DNA from: Escherichia phage vB_EcoP_EcoN5
Direction: 5' to 3' (one strand)
Sequence record: MN715356
DNA length: 64,000 bases
Shown here piece by piece: positions 59,365 to 64,000 of this stretch (the first letter of the stretch is position 1; each line of letters opens with the position of its first letter). The position numbers and the translations under genes are program-made. The notes beneath the pieces are model-generated. The model was not told the DNA's origin. It was given only the letters and a program-made list of their open reading frames with translations, and searched no databases.

Positions 59365-59444
59365 ATGCGGAAGCTTCAAATGGGGAGAGGGCACGACGCT
59401 ACAGAAAGAGCGTCATAGTACTAAAAGAGGGGGCTATATTCCTA

Positions 59445-59888
59445 CTACTTAACCCTTGCTTCTTTGATGGGGTCAATGTATTTTTCAACTCCCCACTTGT
59501 GTTTACTATCTGCGTAGAAAACATCAGGAGCACACTGACTTGTCTTAGGAAATGCCTGAGGGTCTTTCGTGCTACCTTTAAACTTCTGTTTACCACGGGT
59601 GCGACCATTACAGAAGATTTCTAACTTCTTCTCCTCTTCTGTTTTAGCTCCCCCGCTCTTTAACAAAGAACGTTTATGATCGGCTAACAATAACGCATCA
59701 GCACGATGAACACGATGGCCTACACGCTTTGCCACACTAGAAGGAATATGGGATTCAGCTTCAGCCTTTGCAGCACGACGTTTTAAACTGCGCTTGCTGA
59801 CGTGATTGGTTGCCTTTGGCTTCTCTTTCTCCAGTTCAGAGATAGAAAAACAACGCCCGCCCTTCATGCTGATTTTTGATTTAGCCAC
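59445..59888 (-). CDS. basic protein, function unknown
   Basis: 147-aa Lys/Arg-rich ORF. Confidence 0.4.
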   Translation of the reverse strand: MAKSKISMKGGRCFSISELEKEKPKATNHVSKRSLKRRAAKAEAESHIPSSVAKRVGHRVHRADALLLADHKRSLLKSGGAKTEEEKKLEIFCNGRTRGKQKFKGSTKDPQAFPKTSQCAPDVFYADSKHKWGVEKYIDPIKEARVK

Positions 59889-59957
59889 AATCTTATTCCT
59901 TTTAGTGATAAGTTATATCGGGCAAGCCCATCGTAGGGATAGGCTTGAACAAATAAC

Positions 59958-60167
59958 TTAATCAAGTAAACTAAATGACTTCCAACTGCGTAGCAGGATT
60001 GTACCATCATCCATAGTCACGCATAACTTTAACAATTTCTTGTTAGCACTGCTCACCGTTGTAATTCGTCCAGTTGTACATTTACCTTTGTTGCTATAAA
60101 GATATATAACACGACGGCCTAACAGTCTGGAAGGTGCTTTCTTAAATTCAGATATATTAGTGATCAT
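59958..60167 (-). CDS. hypothetical protein
   Basis: 69-aa co-directional ORF. Confidence 0.35.
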   Translation of the reverse strand: MITNISEFKKAPSRLLGRRVIYLYSNKGKCTTGRITTVSSANKKLLKLCVTMDDGTILLRSWKSFSLLD

Positions 60168-60388
60168 GATGCTTGATACCTTTGAATGTGTTCAATACGG
60201 GTGGATTGAGCAAATGACGCTTTAACAGCCATTTTTCTAACTTCTTCTTTACGCTGGTTAGTGTGTACAGTATCCCAATGGTCGTTATCACGTTGGCGCT
60301 GTAATATCTTACTACATTTGCGATGGTTTCCCGTGCTGCGATGTTTCTCACAAATAGGACACTTGCCAAAATTACTACTAAAGATCAT
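60164..60388 (-). CDS. zinc-finger protein
   Basis: 'CPICEKH...HRKC' Cys/His cluster. Confidence 0.35.
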   Translation of the reverse strand: MIFSSNFGKCPICEKHRSTGNHRKCSKILQRQRDNDHWDTVHTNQRKEEVRKMAVKASFAQSTRIEHIQRYQAS

Positions 60389-60612
60389 TTTCTTAATCCC
60401 AACTTTCTTAAAACACGGCCTAACGTTGTTTCTTGCGTGATAACATAGCTGATCGCTTCCCGTTCCAACGTTTCAATCATCATTGGCGACGGATACCATT
60501 CACCAGTAAGCATACATTTGCACTCAACGCCATACTTTTTAGATAGTCGGTAATGTTGACCGTTGACAAGATTCCTATAAACCGTAGTATGCGTAACTAA
60601 CATGATTGTCAC
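60385..60612 (-). CDS. hypothetical protein
   Basis: 75-aa co-directional ORF. Confidence 0.35.
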   Translation of the reverse strand: MTIMLVTHTTVYRNLVNGQHYRLSKKYGVECKCMLTGEWYPSPMMIETLEREAISYVITQETTLGRVLRKLGLRK

Positions 60613-60661
60613 CTTTGATTAAATTCTTTGATTAGCCCACTGAATCAATGCACTGATAAAA

Positions 60662-60691
60662 GAAAAGGCGCTACCCGTTAAGATAGCGCCT
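60662..60691 (-). terminator. rho-independent terminator
   Basis: GGCGCTA-N10-TAGCGCC hairpin followed on the minus strand by TTTCTTTT. Confidence 0.45.
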
Positions 60692-60714
60692 TATGCTTAT
60701 TTGGATTGTCTTAC

Positions 60715-61623
60715 TTATGCCGCCTGACGTGCCGCCATAATTTCAGCCGCTTTGCGCAATACTTCTTCTTCTTCTGCTTTCGCAGCTTGTTCGGTACGGG
60801 TAGCAACCGTTGAAGAGATACGACCGCGCAGACTTTCTAACTTCTCCTGCATTTTGGCAATGGTGGATTCCATTTCATCGGCATACGAATCTAGTGACTC
60901 CAATTCTTTGCTCGATGCGTTCATCAGATAATCGTCGGAGATCGCTACCGTTGAGGCCGTGACTTTCTTGATGAGTGAGTCGAATGACTTCTTAACCTTG
61001 CCGACTTCTTCACTTAAGGCAATAGTGTTATCACTGGTAGCGCCGTTGCGCTCATCAGCCAGCAATTTGGCTTCAATACGGATCGCATTCAAGCGTTCAA
61101 CTAAAGCGTAAATATCCTGATTAAAATCTTCCTTGTTTTTCGCCGGGATTTGAAGGTGGGCCGCCACGTTGTCATTGCAGCCTTTAAAGAAGTTAGGGTT
61201 ATCCACTTCAATTTCACGGCCTAAAGCAAAATTCTCGAAAGCATTCGACCAGCGAGCGCGGTTTTGTTCCATTTTGGCCTTAATTTGCGCTTCTTTCGCA
61301 TCTTCTTTCGCTTTCGCCTCACCTTCCAGATTAATCCACTTCTTACGACCGTTTGCCGCCTCGGTGTTATATTTGATAGGCGTTAGGAAAGTAATTGCAG
61401 TGGCGATCACGTCCATATCGCGGAAACGTTCAGTTAACAGAAAATCAATCGCCGACTGCAATACATCTAACTTTTTACCGTTGCTGCGGAAGTGCTGCAA
61501 ATGCCCTAACAAAAAGTTAGAAACATCTTGTTTGATTGCCGCGTTATTGCTACGAATGTTGTTAGCCAGTGCGTTAAAACCAGATTCTTTTACCAGATTA
61601 AAAACTTTAGCCATGATATTCAC
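60715..61623 (-). CDS. first gene of the minus-strand arm, function unknown (N-terminal domain plus C-terminal coiled coil)
   Basis: 302-aa ORF with RBS; lies just downstream of the long noncoding promoter region. Confidence 0.45.
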   Translation of the reverse strand: MNIMAKVFNLVKESGFNALANNIRSNNAAIKQDVSNFLLGHLQHFRSNGKKLDVLQSAIDFLLTERFRDMDVIATAITFLTPIKYNTEAANGRKKWINLEGEAKAKEDAKEAQIKAKMEQNRARWSNAFENFALGREIEVDNPNFFKGCNDNVAAHLQIPAKNKEDFNQDIYALVERLNAIRIEAKLLADERNGATSDNTIALSEEVGKVKKSFDSLIKKVTASTVAISDDYLMNASSKELESLDSYADEMESTIAKMQEKLESLRGRISSTVATRTEQAAKAEEEEVLRKAAEIMAARQAA

Positions 61624-62527
61624 CTTTCAATTGTAAGGGCACTATGCCCCGCTCTCTATGAGCTTTTTAAGTCACTATTGACTTATCTATAACCACTCAC
61701 TTTTTAAGTAGTCATAGGTAAGTGGGGCGGTCTTATCAGGAGTTAACCTTGCCGCCCCCTTATCCGTGATGTTTCATCTGGTATCTTTAATTAGTCGCTA
61801 TAAACGAAGCCGACCTGACAGCGATGATCAATCATCACAATAAGGCTATGCGTCCGACTCTATTTAATTACATTGCTGTAACCGTCGGCAATATCGTCCA
61901 CTTTGTTTTCGCTCCCGCTTATCCTTTTATATCAGCTCTCTATCGCTAGTCATCGCCCACTACGGGATACTATTGCGAAAGAGTCACTAACCGCCTAGTA
62001 TTCCGGCGTTTTATATCTTTCAGCAGGTTTACTACATAACCCGACTATGTACTTTCATCTTGTGATGAATCTCAAGCCGCTCACATCGTAAACGTTCGCA
62101 TTAAACCTTATTGTTAAATAGCAATTTGCCACTTTTTAACCACTCCCCGCCGCTCTCAATTGAGCGTTAATTAGTCGGGCTTGTCTACCCTGATTGACTT
62201 CTTTCACTGTAGCACCGTGTTAGCGATGGCCTCCGCTACCCTTAACCGTGGGCGATTAGCTTAAGCCGTTGCGTGTACTCAATGAATCCGTTTATCAGTG
62301 GTGACGTTTCCAGTAAGGGAATGTAAAACTGTTTACCCTGATAGTCTAGGGAGTTTTACGCCGTTTTATCTGGTATGTTTTCCGATGGTTATTATCGTCC
62401 AACATATTAAACCGATATAGGAGAATGTTTAAATTATTAAAGAGCGGTAAATCTGTCGAAGTGCTTTCTCACTTCCCGCCACCGTTCGCCGTGGTTTCGC
62501 GTTTCACTAGTTGCCTAGTGAGTGCTC

Positions 62528-62556
62528 ATTATGAATCATGCTGTTTTAGCTGTCAA
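62528..62556 (-). promoter_or_regulatory. sigma70-type promoter (TTGACA-17 bp-CATAAT)
   Basis: On minus strand: TTGACA, 17-bp spacer, CATAAT, with A-rich upstream tract. Confidence 0.5.
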
Positions 62557-63150
62557 CCGCTTTTTTAATCTTTTTCATCGTTCCCGCTATTGGGAGGATA
62601 TATCAATCAGCTATGTTTGATTGAAGATTAAGCGGCAAGGCTTAACTTATGATTCATATTTTTAAAGAGCGGTGTTTCTTATTACTAATCGTTAACGTTG
62701 TTTTGTTAACTTGTGGTTAGTATGAACTACTTTAACCACGTTTGCAATCTCTTTTTTATCATCTTCTTTTATTCCGTTCCCTTATCTCGCGTGAATCTAT
62801 GCGAAAGGGCAAGATGATAAGTCTGATTTGTCTTTTAGGAATCTAGTGCGCTTTCAAGCATCGACCATTTGAAAGTATCGAACAAATGAGGCTTATTTTG
62901 TTGCTCATCGTCCGCCTGTTCACGTATGAATCAGGAATCAATTCTAGCGGTCAACTAAGCGCCTTATAGTAATGACGTTGCCGCCACCTGTAAGACAAAT
63001 CATATTTTTAAAGAGCGTGCGGCTCACATAACACCGCTTGATAATCAGTTAACCTATGATTATTCAGGGGCATAGTATCCGCTTGCCTACGTCTGACTTG
63101 CTTCACTCACTAGGGAGTTACTTGAGCGGTCATCTTGTCTTTCTAAGCTC

Positions 63151-63179
63151 ATTATAGGTCAGGCTTTTCGGTTGTCAAT
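63151..63179 (-). promoter_or_regulatory. consensus sigma70 promoter (TTGACA-17 bp-TATAAT)
   Basis: On minus strand: perfect TTGACA, 17-bp spacer, perfect TATAAT, A-tract UP-like element upstream. Confidence 0.6.
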
Positions 63180-64000
63180 ACTCTTTTTAAGAATATTTTC
63201 ACTTTCTAGCCTGATTTTTAAAGAGCGGGGCAAGTTTCCTTGCCTTGTATGTTTTACATCGTACCCGATAGAAATGAGTATACGCCAATCAGTTGGGGAT
63301 GCAATAGGGTAAAGCAAAATATTTTAAACTTTTTCACTATGGGAAGGTAAAAGAGCGGGCGAACGTGATACATCATAGAAAACGGCTTGTAAAGCCATAA
63401 TAAGCGGCCTAAAACGCACTATAGCGAGCTAAAAGGGAGTAAGGAATACAATCACCTTAGAAAAGAAAAAAGCCCCATAAGGAAAGCAAGTACAACGCTA
63501 GCGCTACGGGTAGCAGACCAACATACCAAGACAAACGGGCAACATACAACCGCAGAATAGACCACGGGGAAACATGCCAGATAGTGCGGTAATAATATAC
63601 CACTTAAATAATTAGTTAACTATTAATAGCATTACTCAAACATCAAACGTTAAAAGAAAAAGAATAAAAGAACGCTGAAAAAAGAAAGAATAAAAAGAAT
63701 ATAATAACTGTTAATTACTATCATCCACTTAATTAATACATATATCATTATTACACTCATAATCATTACTATTGAAACTATTTACATTCAAACTGTGGGG
63801 AGCTGTGACTGTTACATGACGGTATTATTATCATGGTTATGAATGTGCCTATACTAGTTTATACAGTGCTGGCCTTTCTCCTACTCTTTAAAGGGGAACT
63901 AAATAAACGGGTAGGTAATGTAATAGATGACATATACGGGGAAAGAATAACGGGGAGTAGGCACGGGGAAAGGTGGAACGTTGAAAGGGAAGGTAAAGGC

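Larger units (their letters stand above)
62434..63359 (+). repeat. five dispersed direct copies of a ~14-bp motif ATTTTTAAAGAGCGG
   Basis: Copies at ~62434, 62657, 63005, 63214, 63348 (last degenerate), all same orientation, spacing 130-350 bp, in ORF-free DNA. Confidence 0.6.

Noticed and set aside
62434-63359. CRISPR array in the ORF-free right-end region
   Set aside because: The repeated 14-mer is spaced irregularly (130-350 bp), is not palindromic and is not separated by uniform-length spacers.

Overview
The window reads as part of a virulent dsDNA phage genome: no integrase, no repressor module and no host housekeeping genes were recognised. All calls are from reading the sequence and ORF track by eye; no searches were run and coordinates of hand-located elements are +/-3 nt. 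Two arms converge on a bidirectional terminator near 14.48 kb. The plus-strand arm (1-14464) carries virion genes: Ig-like-repeat tail fibre, SLT lytic transglycosylase, Gln/Asn/Gly-rich virion proteins and a 1473-aa internal protein. The minus-strand arm (14.5-61.6 kb) carries, from right to left: early small genes including several tandem paralog families and a tRNA-Arg(UCU); a tandem 1518-bp duplication; an amidoligase / ATP-grasp / class-II amidotransferase / gamma-glutamyl-cyclotransferase cluster; T7-like replication genes (primase-helicase, separate DEDD exonuclease, family A polymerase, gp6-like exonuclease, SSB); nucleotide metabolism (ThyX, dCTP deaminase, thioredoxin, PhoH); a Dps-like ferritin; a CCA-enzyme-like nucleotidyltransferase; four HNH endonucleases; a spanin pair; a TARG1/DarG-like macrodomain; and an ECF-like sigma factor. 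No phage RNA polymerase, capsid, portal or terminase gene lies in the window. The right 2.4 kb (61.6-64.0 kb) has no ORF of 60 aa or more and carries consensus sigma70-type promoters and a five-copy direct repeat. Gene content and a recurring TAATGTATA motif upstream of genes resemble sigma-factor-encoding podoviruses of the phiEco32 type, but that is from memory only. The most system-like candidate is the amidoligase cluster at 38.1-48.1 kb.
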